This document shows positions 27,897 to 37,459 of a stretch of 64,000 bases of DNA, in pieces. Origin of the DNA: an uncultured Pseudomonadota bacterium (GTDB taxonomy: Bacteria > Babelota > Babeliae > Babelales > Vermiphilaceae); assembly GCA_964647685.1 (NCBI GenBank), contig CAZYJE010000006.1, positions 25,624 to 89,623 on the forward strand, written 5' to 3'. The notes under the pieces were generated by a model. That model did not search any database, had not been told where the DNA came from, and saw only the letters and a program-made list of their open reading frames with translations. Position 1 is the stretch's first letter. The number at the start of each line of letters is the position of its first letter. Position numbers and translations under genes: made by a program.

Positions 27897-28535
27897 ATGA
27901 AGCAAGTAATTTCTTTTTCTTTCCTAATGAGTTTTTTTCTAATTACTATTTCTGGCTGTGGAAGAGTTGTTGATTGGGCAAAATCTAATGTTAAACAAGG
28001 TTCAACAATAAAACATAAAAAATCTAATACCAAAAAATATATTAAAACATCTCGTATTTATGATCAATTTACTCTGTTGGGCTCATTTGATACGTTATGG
28101 CTTTCAGATGCAGTTCGCAAAGAGTATGTTGATTTGCATGCAGTTAAATTTGGAAAAACTCAAGAACAAAAAAATATTATACTGCGTAGACAGTTGGAAG
28201 AAAATAATCATTTTATTTCTTTTTATATATTAAGTGTTGCAGATATTTTATTAGGAGAAAAAGATTCTAAATGGTCTGTTATTCTTTCTATCAAAGATCA
28301 AACGTATACACCAATTGAGCTTAAAGTAGTTGAGCTTTCACCCGAATATCAACGAATATTTGATAAAAAAAATACAATATTTAAAACAGCGTATTTGGTT
28401 CGATTTAATGCCAAGGATATAGAAGATAAATTATTGTTACACAACTTTGTAAAAAAATTCTCTTTAATCTTTAGAACTTTAAAAAAAGAAATAAAACAAA
28501 CATGGAATAATTCTCATTTTATGGATAAAGTATGA
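27897..28535 (+). CDS. putative lipoprotein
   Basis: Signal peptide with lipobox (FFLITISGC). Orphan. Its stop overlaps the rpiB start (ATGA). Confidence 0.55.
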   Translation: MKQVISFSFLMSFFLITISGCGRVVDWAKSNVKQGSTIKHKKSNTKKYIKTSRIYDQFTLLGSFDTLWLSDAVRKEYVDLHAVKFGKTQEQKNIILRRQLEENNHFISFYILSVADILLGEKDSKWSVILSIKDQTYTPIELKVVELSPEYQRIFDKKNTIFKTAYLVRFNAKDIEDKLLLHNFVKKFSLIFRTLKKEIKQTWNNSHFMDKV

Positions 28536-28966
28536 AAATCGCTTTAGGCTCAGATCACCGTGGCTTTTTTTATAAAGAATTAATTAAAGGCTATAAAACG
28601 ATAAGTGACTTTTCAATTGATTGGATTGATGTTGGAACAAGCTCTAAAAGATCTTGTGATTATCCTGATTTTGCGCACAAAGTTTCTCAAAAAGTTCAAA
28701 GTAAAGAAGTTAAAAAAGGCATTTTGCTATGCGGTAGCGCTATAGGTATGGCAATTACAGCAAATCGATATAAAAATGTTTATGCTGGTCTAGTTTGGAA
28801 CAAGCAAGTCGCTGCGAAAGCAAAAGAACATGATAATATAAATATTTTAGTTTTGCCGTCAGATTATATAAAAAAAGATGAAATTTATGATATTATTGCT
28901 GCTTGGTTAACTACAGAGTTTAAAGGTGGTAAATATCAAACAAGATTAGAAAAAATTGATAACTAA
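28532..28966 (+). CDS. rpiB: ribose-5-phosphate isomerase B
   Basis: 144 aa; MKIALGSDHRGF and ILLCGSAIGMAITANR are RpiB/LacAB hallmarks. Confidence 0.9.
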   Translation: MKIALGSDHRGFFYKELIKGYKTISDFSIDWIDVGTSSKRSCDYPDFAHKVSQKVQSKEVKKGILLCGSAIGMAITANRYKNVYAGLVWNKQVAAKAKEHDNINILVLPSDYIKKDEIYDIIAAWLTTEFKGGKYQTRLEKIDN

Positions 28967-28968
28967 AG

Positions 28969-29005
28969 AAAAAGCGGCTGTATATTTTTATACAGCCGCT
29001 TTTTC
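28969..29005. terminator. bidirectional terminator
   Basis: A 12-bp perfect stem AGCGGCTGTATA-TTTT-TATACAGCCGCT flanked by A and T runs, between convergent genes. Confidence 0.7.
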
Positions 29006-29022
29006 TTTAGTTAATTAACTTG

Positions 29023-31536
29023 TTATTTAATTAATTTTTTAACTTTTTCAATAGAAAGAGTTTTATTTGTTAATAACTTATTTGCAACTTTCTCTATATT
29101 TTTTTTATTTTTTTCTAATAATTTAGTCACTTCTTTTTCACATTGACTGAGCAAGTCAAGAGCTTTTTTGAAGTACTCTTGCTGTATTGCTTTTGGCATA
29201 GATTTTACGTGTAAACCTTCAAAAACAAGTGATTTGATTATATCAAGAGCATCTTGTTTGTCATTAGTATTATAACTATGACCACTAGATCCTAATATAA
29301 TTTTTTCACTAATTGCTCCGGTAAGAATTATTTTAGCTTTATTTATTTTTTCTTCTCGAGAACTTAAATGTAAAGGGTCATGGTTGCATTTTGTAAATAT
29401 ACGACCATATCTGATATCTTTTTGTGTTCTTGGTCCATAATATTGTGCACTTGCAGATTCTTCTTTAAGTTCAGCATTATATGGTTCAATAGTCACAGAT
29501 GTAATATCAACTTTTGGCTGTAGTAAGATTGTTGCAATTAATCTACCAGCTTGATGAGCTGCGATTATTTTTTGTTCTGCAACTGGAATATTAGAACATT
29601 TGCCTGAAATAAGATCGTATGCTACTTCTAAAACACCTTGCTCTAAATGTTTTTGAGCTAAAGTTTCATTATTGAATTTTGCTTTTCTGAATGCTAAATC
29701 AACAATGCCTTCTAAATGTTTATAAGAGTAGTTGTGTGTTTTTGCAGTCAGTCCATCAATATCTATATAATCAAGATTTGGAAGAAGTGGTTGTAGTTTT
29801 TTAATAAAGAAATTTTTTCTTTCTTTATATGTTGGCATTTCAAAATGAATTGTTTTACCGAGTCTTCCTGGTCTTGTAAGCGCAGCATCAAGATTTTCTG
29901 GTTTATTAGTAGCTGCAATAACAATAACTTGACTGTTTGTTTTTGCGCTAAGAACACCACTTAATGATGACAAGAATGTACTAAGAAGTGTTGTATCACC
30001 ATCTGCACGCTGTAATTTAAGAAGATCAATTTCATCTATAAAAAGAACACATGGTGCTTCTTTTGCTGCAAGATTCATAATCATTTCAATCTGTTGTGAT
30101 GCAGTTTTACCATTTGAATCTTTGATCATGCTCGCATTAATTGAATAGAATCCAATTTCATCGGAGCTTCTACCAATTTGTTTAAATATTTTTTGAATTT
30201 CTCCACCCAAAGCTTCAGCGATAAATGATTTTCCTGTCCCAGGTTTTCCTGTAAACAAAAAACCACATTCAGGTTTAATACCAACTCTATCAAATCTTTC
30301 AGGATCTTTTATGTACTCAAGAACTTCAACTAGTTGAGCTTTAATATGGTCAAGGCCAACAACGTCATCAAAAGTTATTTTTGGAATAAGTTCTGTAGAT
30401 TCTTCATGTTGCTCTTTTACTTTTTTAGCTGCAACACCACCAAGTTGACGATCATACCACCAGTTAAAACGTTGACTCCACCAACAATAAAGATCTGAAG
30501 GCCATTCTTTTCCATAGATAAGAGTATAGCCACCAGCTAAAAATGCAGGTACATGCCAGTTTTTTTCTATTATAGAAAATATTCCAGAATTTAAACTATT
30601 AGTAGATCCTAAGATTTTTCTTAATTTACTTGTGTCTTCTTGAAATGACTTTAATATTTCTCCCCCAAAGAGGTTTTTAATGAAATTATTTTCTTCATAA
30701 TTGGTTGGGTTGTAACCATTATCAATAATTCGATAGATAAGTAATAGATTGTTATCATCAATATCTTTTACTCCCTTACTTGCAATAAAATTTTCACCTC
30801 TTTTGCTTGCTTCTGATTTTCCATAATCAGTAAATTTATAATACCAGGTTAATCCTACAAAACTGGTTACTGTTAAAGCTTTTAAGTATCTCCAAGTGTT
30901 AGATCTTCTTCCTGACTCATAATAATTATGAAACTTTCTGAATGCTTTATTCCATCTTGTAAGACCAATTTGTTGAGCTTCTTGATCAAGTTCTAAGCAA
31001 AGCATTTCATTATTAACAAGTTGTTTTTCGATTTGCTCTATAGATAATGCATCAACAGAAGAGTTTTTATCTTCCGTTAGTTTTGTATAGATGCTATCAA
31101 CATCTTTTAAATTATTGCCGATAGAAGTTTTAAGAGACTTTATTAAAGTTGTATTAAAGTTAGTTAAGAAATAAAGAGCTTGGATATCAGGATCAATAAA
31201 TGGATTTTTTCTAATATTGATAATAATTGTTCTAATAGCTTTCAGTTCTTTTAAAATTTTATGCTTATCGGCACCGGGAATTATATCATTTTTTGTAGCA
31301 AGAGATAGGTCTTCTATAATACTATCGATTTTTTTTAGTTGATTTAATGCTGCTTCAAGAAATTTACTAGTGACTTGCTTAAGGATCTTTTCAAAAGAAG
31401 CTTTTTCTTCGGCTGTTAGCTCTTTTTGAGTGGTTATAGCTGTATTTTTAACATTTTGCTCTGCAGAAATCTGTGTTATAATACTTAGCATTAAACAAGA
31501 AAAAAGCATTTTTTTCATTAAAGATGTCAGTTTCAT
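29023..31536 (-). CDS. FtsH-like AAA+ protein with extended N-terminal region and degenerate M41 zinc site
   Basis: 837 aa. Walker A GKPGTGKS lies near residue 430, Walker B is LFIDEIDLL, the SRH is ATNKPENLDAALTRPGRLGK, and the C-terminal domain is collinear with FtsH. However, HEAGH is replaced by HQAGR (29542-29556). Confidence 0.85.
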   Translation of the reverse strand: MKLTSLMKKMLFSCLMLSIITQISAEQNVKNTAITTQKELTAEEKASFEKILKQVTSKFLEAALNQLKKIDSIIEDLSLATKNDIIPGADKHKILKELKAIRTIIINIRKNPFIDPDIQALYFLTNFNTTLIKSLKTSIGNNLKDVDSIYTKLTEDKNSSVDALSIEQIEKQLVNNEMLCLELDQEAQQIGLTRWNKAFRKFHNYYESGRRSNTWRYLKALTVTSFVGLTWYYKFTDYGKSEASKRGENFIASKGVKDIDDNNLLLIYRIIDNGYNPTNYEENNFIKNLFGGEILKSFQEDTSKLRKILGSTNSLNSGIFSIIEKNWHVPAFLAGGYTLIYGKEWPSDLYCWWSQRFNWWYDRQLGGVAAKKVKEQHEESTELIPKITFDDVVGLDHIKAQLVEVLEYIKDPERFDRVGIKPECGFLFTGKPGTGKSFIAEALGGEIQKIFKQIGRSSDEIGFYSINASMIKDSNGKTASQQIEMIMNLAAKEAPCVLFIDEIDLLKLQRADGDTTLLSTFLSSLSGVLSAKTNSQVIVIAATNKPENLDAALTRPGRLGKTIHFEMPTYKERKNFFIKKLQPLLPNLDYIDIDGLTAKTHNYSYKHLEGIVDLAFRKAKFNNETLAQKHLEQGVLEVAYDLISGKCSNIPVAEQKIIAAHQAGRLIATILLQPKVDITSVTIEPYNAELKEESASAQYYGPRTQKDIRYGRIFTKCNHDPLHLSSREEKINKAKIILTGAISEKIILGSSGHSYNTNDKQDALDIIKSLVFEGLHVKSMPKAIQQEYFKKALDLLSQCEKEVTKLLEKNKKNIEKVANKLLTNKTLSIEKVKKLIK

Positions 31537-31654
31537 AAAAATAAAAAACCTTTCGACAATTTTTAGAAAGTAAATAAAAATTACATATAGTATTTAGTAT
31601 AGTCAGATAGCATTTTTTGTCGAATTTTAGCTAGTTTCATCTTGAAAGGGTTGT

Positions 31655-33124
31655 ATGAAAAGCAGCAAAAAAATAGTAAAAATAGTTGGTTTTTCAGTAG
31701 TTTTGATAAGTCTTGGTTTTATACTTCTAAAAAAAACAAATTATTCTATTTGTTCAAGGTTGGTTGTACCATCAAATCAAAAAGATTTTTTAAAGGTTGT
31801 ATCAGAAAAAGATAATATTGCCCCTCTTGTCATTATAGGTTCTGGGCCGGCGGGTCTTTCAGCTGCAATTTATGGTGCTCGGCAAAGTATCAAAACCTTA
31901 GTAATAGAAGGCAGTGAGCCTGGTGGGCAACTGATGCAAACATCATATGTAGAAAATTGGCCTGGAAAAACAAAGGCTTTAGGCTCAGAAATAATTGGAG
32001 ATATAAGGTCACAAGCAAAATCTTTGGGTGCAGAATTTTTGCAAGATACTGTAATGAATATAGATACCTCTTGTTATCCTTTTAAAATTATAACAGCAGA
32101 CAAAAAGCAGCTATATGCACTTTCTATTGTTTTGGCTACTGGTTCAACACCAAGAACATTGGGTATCGAGGGTGAAAAAAAATATTGGGGCAGTGGTGTA
32201 ACAACATGTGCAATTTGTGATGCACCATTTTTCAAAAATAAAGATGTTGTTGTAGTAGGAGGCGGTGATTCAGCTGTAGAAGAGGCTATTCAACTTGCTC
32301 CCTATGCAAAAAAAATATCAATTTTAGTTAGAAAAGATTCAATGCGTGCAGCTCCAACAATGCAAGATAGATTGAGTGGTTATCCAAATATATCAATAAA
32401 CTATAATACCGAGCTAAAAAAGATCATGGGAGATACAAACCATGTCAATAATATTGATATTTATAATAATAAAACTAAAGCAACTAAAAATATACCTATG
32501 GACGGTGTTTTTTTAGCAATTGGACATACGCCAAATACTCAATTATTAAAAGATGCTGTTGAAACTAATAGTAATGGTTATATAAAAGTTAAAGATCGAT
32601 CGCAAAAAACATCTATACCAGGTATTTTTGCAGCTGGTGATGTGGAAGATTTTCAATACCGCCAGGCTGGTGTAGCTTCTGCTAGCGGTATCAAAGCATC
32701 TCTTGATGTAGCAGAGTTTTTAACACATATTGGATTTGATGATTATGCTACAAAACAGTTAGAAGATACATTTTTTGTTCTTGATGGAACTCAAAAGAGT
32801 GCACAGCTAAAATCTGTTAGTAGCCTAGAAGAGCTTGATAAAATTGTAAAACAGTCAGAAAAGGCTATTATTCTTGATTTCTATACACAATATTGTCCAT
32901 CATGTTTACAAATGCTTCCTCATTTAGCGACTGTAGCACAAGAATATACAGATAAGGTCGTTGTATTTAAAGTTGATGCAGAAGAATCTTTTGATATAGT
33001 TGAAAGGTTCAATGTACACAAAGTTCCAACTATTATTGCTTTGAAAAACTCAAAAGAAATAGCTCGAGTAAAAAAAGCGATGAAAAAACAAGAAATACGA
33101 GCATTTATAGATAATCTTGCTTAA
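31655..33124 (+). CDS. trxB: thioredoxin reductase fused to a C-terminal thioredoxin domain, with N-terminal hydrophobic anchor
   Basis: GSGPAGLSAAIYGAR, redox CAIC (CAICDAPFF), GGGDSAVEEA and GIFAAGDV, then a linker and a Trx fold with CPSC (YTQYCPSCLQM...VPTIIALK). N-terminus: KIVKIVGFSVVLISLGFILL. Confidence 0.88.
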   Translation: MKSSKKIVKIVGFSVVLISLGFILLKKTNYSICSRLVVPSNQKDFLKVVSEKDNIAPLVIIGSGPAGLSAAIYGARQSIKTLVIEGSEPGGQLMQTSYVENWPGKTKALGSEIIGDIRSQAKSLGAEFLQDTVMNIDTSCYPFKIITADKKQLYALSIVLATGSTPRTLGIEGEKKYWGSGVTTCAICDAPFFKNKDVVVVGGGDSAVEEAIQLAPYAKKISILVRKDSMRAAPTMQDRLSGYPNISINYNTELKKIMGDTNHVNNIDIYNNKTKATKNIPMDGVFLAIGHTPNTQLLKDAVETNSNGYIKVKDRSQKTSIPGIFAAGDVEDFQYRQAGVASASGIKASLDVAEFLTHIGFDDYATKQLEDTFFVLDGTQKSAQLKSVSSLEELDKIVKQSEKAIILDFYTQYCPSCLQMLPHLATVAQEYTDKVVVFKVDAEESFDIVERFNVHKVPTIIALKNSKEIARVKKAMKKQEIRAFIDNLA

Positions 33125-33134
33125 TAATTAGTTT

Positions 33135-33186
33135 CTATTGTTTAAAAAAAGCCCTGACAAAAATCAGGGCTTTTTTTAAACAATAG
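33135..33186. terminator. bidirectional terminator (extended palindrome)
   Basis: CTATTGTTT-A7-GCCCTGA-CAAAAA-TCAGGGC-T7-AAACAATAG. Confidence 0.7.
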
Positions 33187-33195
33187 ACTTTTGCT

Positions 33196-35112
33196 TTATT
33201 CGATTTTATTTATAAGTAAGCTCAGCTTTTGTTTTATAGATCTTTTTTCTCTATTTTTTACATTTAATGTTAAAATTTTTTTCTTCAGGTTTTCTATAAA
33301 TGTTTTTAGTTTAGCTCTTAGGTTATATGTTTCTTCATATTGAAATTCTAAATCAGTAGCTAATTCTTCCATTATTGCATATAAAGCATCAATAGTTTTT
33401 AGATTTAAATTATTAAAGACAATATTAAAAGAATCAATAATTTTTGCGGTATGGTTTAAGTTTTCTTTGATTTCATAATCACTATACTCCTCATATAACA
33501 AGTTAATTTTTTTCAATATTAAAAGTAAGAAAGTATCATCTTCTTTATTTAAATGTGAAATAATATTATTTATTCTATCTAAAGAATCGATATTAATTTT
33601 TTCAATAGACTTGATAAAGATAGGTTTCATTTTTTCTTTTTTTATAGAGTATGAGTTTAAGATCCATTTTATTGTTTCTTGATAGCTTATATTTTGAGGT
33701 ATTTTATATTCTTTTATATAAGGTAATAAATTAAAAATATTTTCATTTGTTTTTTTAATTAAGATTTTATTTATTGTTTGCTTGTTTTCTCTTCTTTCTG
33801 AAAAAGCATGTTTAGGATTATTTTGAAAATAAAATTTATAACTTTGACTATCAATAATTACCTCTAATGCTTCAGTATCATTATCTATTTTTGAATGAAT
33901 AAATTTAAAAGGGCGATTTTTTTTTGATAAATACTTACCAAGTTCAGAAAAATTTTTTGCTGGTCTTTCTTTATGAATAAAAATATTATTAGATAAGTTT
34001 AAGAAATTTTTTGCTGTTGTATCAAGCCCATATTTTTTATCAACAAATTTTATGTTTTTAAATTCAGTAATAAATTTTGCAAAATCTAAACGAAATTTTT
34101 TCTTATATATATCTTCCATTTTTATATTTTTTATTAAATTTTTAAATGTTTCATCAAGAGATATATTGTCAGGTAAAAGATTAAGGTCATAATTTTTGGT
34201 TTTTGTGTTCCATAAAATAATATTTAAAGCAAAATCTAAAAATGTAGCTTCTGAGCAGTCAGTAATATTTATTTCTTTTAATAGAATACATTCTAGAGAG
34301 GGTGGTATAAGAAATTCATTTTGAACCACAAATAAAAATAATTCATAATTGTTTTTTATAAAGTTGGTAAGTCCTGAAGGACTCATGTTTTTTATTTCTT
34401 CAATACTTGCTTTTACTTGACTTAACTTAAAATTTGAATTTAAGTTTTCTCTATTTTTAGATAAGTTTTTTTTATTAATAGCATTTGTTATATTTTCACC
34501 TATTTTTTCAATAAAGTTTAACAATTCAAATTTTGTTTGTATTTTATAATTAGCAAAGGATAGTAATAGTTTAATTGTTTCTTGTGGGAGTGTTTTATAA
34601 GATTTATAAATCTTTATTAACAAATTTTTAAATTTTACTCTTGTTGTTTTTTTTGCTCTTTTTTTATTTCCAATTTCTTTTATATAATTATTTCTCCATT
34701 TTGTTATGAAATCTTCTACTTTTTTATTATCAGCTATTTTTTTGTCATCTAAAATTTTTATTATTTCTGTATTTAAAATGCCTATCATTTCTGCAATTAA
34801 ATTAGGGTTTAAAGCATAAGCAGGTAAGGATTTATTGTTTGTTGGCCTTGCTTGATTGTCTAATAAATAAAAAAGACCTTTTTCTTCTGCAAGTACCATT
34901 TTAAAAATGTTGTTTAAAATTTCTAGTTTAGGAGCTATTTCTTTAATTTTAAAAATATTTGTCGCAATTTTTGTAGTTTGAGCATTTCCAGGCCATAGAT
35001 ATTGATATTCTTTTTCGAATATAGATAAGGTTCCTTGAAAAATATTATTAATAGGTACTATTGGGTTAAAGTATGATGTTAATATTATTAATTTTATAAT
35101 GATTTTTTTCAT
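33196..35112 (-). CDS. large orphan secreted protein (Asn/Lys/Ile-rich)
   Basis: 638 aa with signal-like MKKIIIKLIILTSYF. No recognisable motif. Confidence 0.55.
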   Translation of the reverse strand: MKKIIIKLIILTSYFNPIVPINNIFQGTLSIFEKEYQYLWPGNAQTTKIATNIFKIKEIAPKLEILNNIFKMVLAEEKGLFYLLDNQARPTNNKSLPAYALNPNLIAEMIGILNTEIIKILDDKKIADNKKVEDFITKWRNNYIKEIGNKKRAKKTTRVKFKNLLIKIYKSYKTLPQETIKLLLSFANYKIQTKFELLNFIEKIGENITNAINKKNLSKNRENLNSNFKLSQVKASIEEIKNMSPSGLTNFIKNNYELFLFVVQNEFLIPPSLECILLKEINITDCSEATFLDFALNIILWNTKTKNYDLNLLPDNISLDETFKNLIKNIKMEDIYKKKFRLDFAKFITEFKNIKFVDKKYGLDTTAKNFLNLSNNIFIHKERPAKNFSELGKYLSKKNRPFKFIHSKIDNDTEALEVIIDSQSYKFYFQNNPKHAFSERRENKQTINKILIKKTNENIFNLLPYIKEYKIPQNISYQETIKWILNSYSIKKEKMKPIFIKSIEKINIDSLDRINNIISHLNKEDDTFLLLILKKINLLYEEYSDYEIKENLNHTAKIIDSFNIVFNNLNLKTIDALYAIMEELATDLEFQYEETYNLRAKLKTFIENLKKKILTLNVKNREKRSIKQKLSLLINKIE

Positions 35113-35382
35113 GTTCTGATCTTCCTTATATATTAAAAATTGTATACTTTTTTGACATGTTTATATGGTAGAAATTTTTTATATTACAAGAATAGAGTTT
35201 AACTTTAATTTTTATTTGGTTTTATCTATAGAGCTCATCTTTAGAGACTTTAAGAAATAAATACATCTAACTTGCCTTTATCGGCGCTTTTTATTTTTTT
35301 AAAATTGTTGCAATTTGTAATTTTTGCCTGATATTCTTAATAGTAAGTATAGGTTTAAAGGATAGTTACAGGCAAAAGGAAT

Positions 35383-36483
35383 ATGATGATACGAGTACAG
35401 CAATTTACAAAATGTAGAGTTTTTCTCACATTTTTTGTAGTGCTGCACTTTTTTTATTTTAATTCTAATGCAATGATTCCCATTTCTATTGGTGTCCATG
35501 GGGATATTGTTACTCGTGATTCTAGGGAGATTGAAGGGGCAATGGTAGAGCAAGTTATGCTTTATCCCAAAAAAAGTGCTCAATCTAAGGAACGGATTAT
35601 GCGTCGAGGTGTTCTTGTTAAGCGTAAAAATGCAAAAGGAACTGTTTTGATTAATCATGGATTTATGTGCGATAGAAAAGATTCAGCCTTTTTAAGAACA
35701 TTATTTCCAGAATATAATTGTATGACCTTTGATATGCGAGCTCATGGTGATTTTATAGAGGGACAATATAGTACCCTTGGTGGTGATGAAGCACTTGATG
35801 TAGAAGCTGCGGCTCAATTCTTAAGAAAACATCCAGATTTACAAAATAAACCACTTTTTGCTTATGGATTTTCTATGGGGGCTGTTGCTTCGATAGAGGC
35901 ACAGTCAAAAAATAGCTCTTTATTTGATGCAATGATACTTGATTGTCCATTTGATAAATCTGAAACAGTTATTAAACGTGGTCTTGAGCATATGAAAGTT
36001 TCATTCTTTGGTTATAAATTTAATATTCCAGGAAGATCTTTGTTGCAACGTTATGCTTTTCATCCTTATATTCAGTCATTTGTAAAACTTGTTCTAAAAA
36101 CAGTTGCCAATATGGGGACTCGTAATATAAAAACAAAGGCTTATCCTGTTTTTCCAGCAGAATCTATCAAGAAAATATCTGTACCATGTTTGTTTATTCA
36201 TTGTAAAAATGATGAAAAAGTTTCAGTTGCTGCGATAAAAAAAGTATTTAACAATGCTGGAAGTTCGTACAAAAAGCTATGGATTACAAATGGAAGATAC
36301 CATTATGATTCGATATTTTATAATCCAGAGCGCTACTCTCGGTACATAAATCGTTTTACCAATGCTTTTTTAAGTAATGAAATACATAACATAGTTAATA
36401 AAGAAGTTGTAGAAGATCAAGATGAAAATGTTGATATTGCAACACATATTAATAATGGAAAAATCGAAAGAAAAAGAAAATGA
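35383..36483 (+). CDS. alpha/beta-fold serine hydrolase
   Basis: Nucleophile elbow GFSMGA, oxyanion region LINHGF, and candidate Asp (HCKNDEKV) and His (GRYHYDS). Hydrophobic N-terminus. Confidence 0.75.
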   Translation: MMIRVQQFTKCRVFLTFFVVLHFFYFNSNAMIPISIGVHGDIVTRDSREIEGAMVEQVMLYPKKSAQSKERIMRRGVLVKRKNAKGTVLINHGFMCDRKDSAFLRTLFPEYNCMTFDMRAHGDFIEGQYSTLGGDEALDVEAAAQFLRKHPDLQNKPLFAYGFSMGAVASIEAQSKNSSLFDAMILDCPFDKSETVIKRGLEHMKVSFFGYKFNIPGRSLLQRYAFHPYIQSFVKLVLKTVANMGTRNIKTKAYPVFPAESIKKISVPCLFIHCKNDEKVSVAAIKKVFNNAGSSYKKLWITNGRYHYDSIFYNPERYSRYINRFTNAFLSNEIHNIVNKEVVEDQDENVDIATHINNGKIERKRK

Positions 36484-36671
36484 AGACTATTTTTATAATG
36501 CTTTTTATTTTTGTAATTATTATTTGTGCTCGTAGATCAAAAAAAAAGGATAAAAATCCGCTTGTTTTTAAAGAATTTTTTAAAGATACCTTACGCGGTC
36601 TTTTTATTGTTGCTGTAGGTATAGCTATTTTATTAATTGGATCTTTCATTTTTCAAAAGTTTATAAAGTAA
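36480..36671 (+). CDS. small membrane protein
   Basis: 63 aa with two hydrophobic segments separated by RRSKKKDKNP. Its start overlaps the upstream stop (ATGA). Confidence 0.45.
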   Translation: MKTIFIMLFIFVIIICARRSKKKDKNPLVFKEFFKDTLRGLFIVAVGIAILLIGSFIFQKFIK

Positions 36672-36683
36672 ATGAGGTTGAAA

Positions 36684-37370
36684 ATGAAGAAAATAAGATA
36701 TGTTGCTCGTATAATTATGTATGTTAGTTTTTTTTGTGCAGGTCTTGGACTACTTATAGATCTTTCTGCACGACACTCGACAGCTTATTCAGAAGATCGT
36801 TTTTTTGATTTGCTTCGTAAATATGAACTGTCTGTTGTTCTTTTTTATTATCAAGATTATCAATCGAAAAAAAATAAAGATGAGAAAAAAGATATTGCAG
36901 ATCTGCTGAAAGATTTTAAATCTGCAAGTAAAATTAGAAGCTTTAAAAAAGCTGATATTTTATTTATGCCTGTTAATCTTGCAAGAGAAAAAGTTGAAAA
37001 CTTAGCTAATCAATATGGAATTTCAAAGAAAAAAATTATTGTTAAAGAAGAATCATTAATGATTCATAGACCAACTATAATGTTGTTTAAAGATGGCAAA
37101 CCTTTCAATAATATTCGTATAACAGGTGATTTATCAAAATCTCGAATAAAAAAATATGTAAATCAATATTTTAGAGAATTTATTGATGAAATTCTTAAAC
37201 AAAAAGAAGAAGATAGAAAAAAAAGATTAGAAGAATCTCGTTATAGATCGTATCACTATACACCATACTATTATGGTTATGGTTGGGGCTGGCCCTATTA
37301 TCGAAGTTATTATTGGCCATATTATGGTTATGGTCGTCACTGGGGCTGGGGGCATCATTATTGGTGGTAA
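36684..37370 (+). CDS. membrane-anchored thioredoxin-fold-like protein (no CXXC) with Tyr/Gly/Trp-rich C-terminal tail
   Basis: ORF track 36672..37370; the ATG at 36684 lies 5 nt after GAGG. It has a TM anchor, and VVLFYYQDY...PTIMLFKDGKP is a Trx-like pattern lacking the cysteines. The last 42 aa are YRSYHYTPYYYGYGWGWPYYRSYYWPYYGYGRHWGWGHHYWW. Confidence 0.55.
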   Translation: MKKIRYVARIIMYVSFFCAGLGLLIDLSARHSTAYSEDRFFDLLRKYELSVVLFYYQDYQSKKNKDEKKDIADLLKDFKSASKIRSFKKADILFMPVNLAREKVENLANQYGISKKKIIVKEESLMIHRPTIMLFKDGKPFNNIRITGDLSKSRIKKYVNQYFREFIDEILKQKEEDRKKRLEESRYRSYHYTPYYYGYGWGWPYYRSYYWPYYGYGRHWGWGHHYWW

Positions 37371-37459
37371 ATCAAGGTTACATTCCCAGTAAAATTCTTT
37401 TATGATATCCTTTTTAAGACATTAAAGTTCTTTTAAACATCTTAAAAAGGATATCTTTT

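Noticed and set aside
35299-35658. 119-aa minus-strand ORF across the start of the alpha/beta hydrolase gene.
   Set aside because: It is antisense to a motif-supported gene, has no RBS and has an implausible composition.
36449-36649. 66-aa minus-strand ORF opposite the 63-aa membrane-protein gene.
   Set aside because: The plus-strand reading fits the operon (an ATGA overlap upstream, then a stop abutting the next ORF) and gives a cleaner two-helix membrane peptide. Both ORFs are short, so this remains uncertain.
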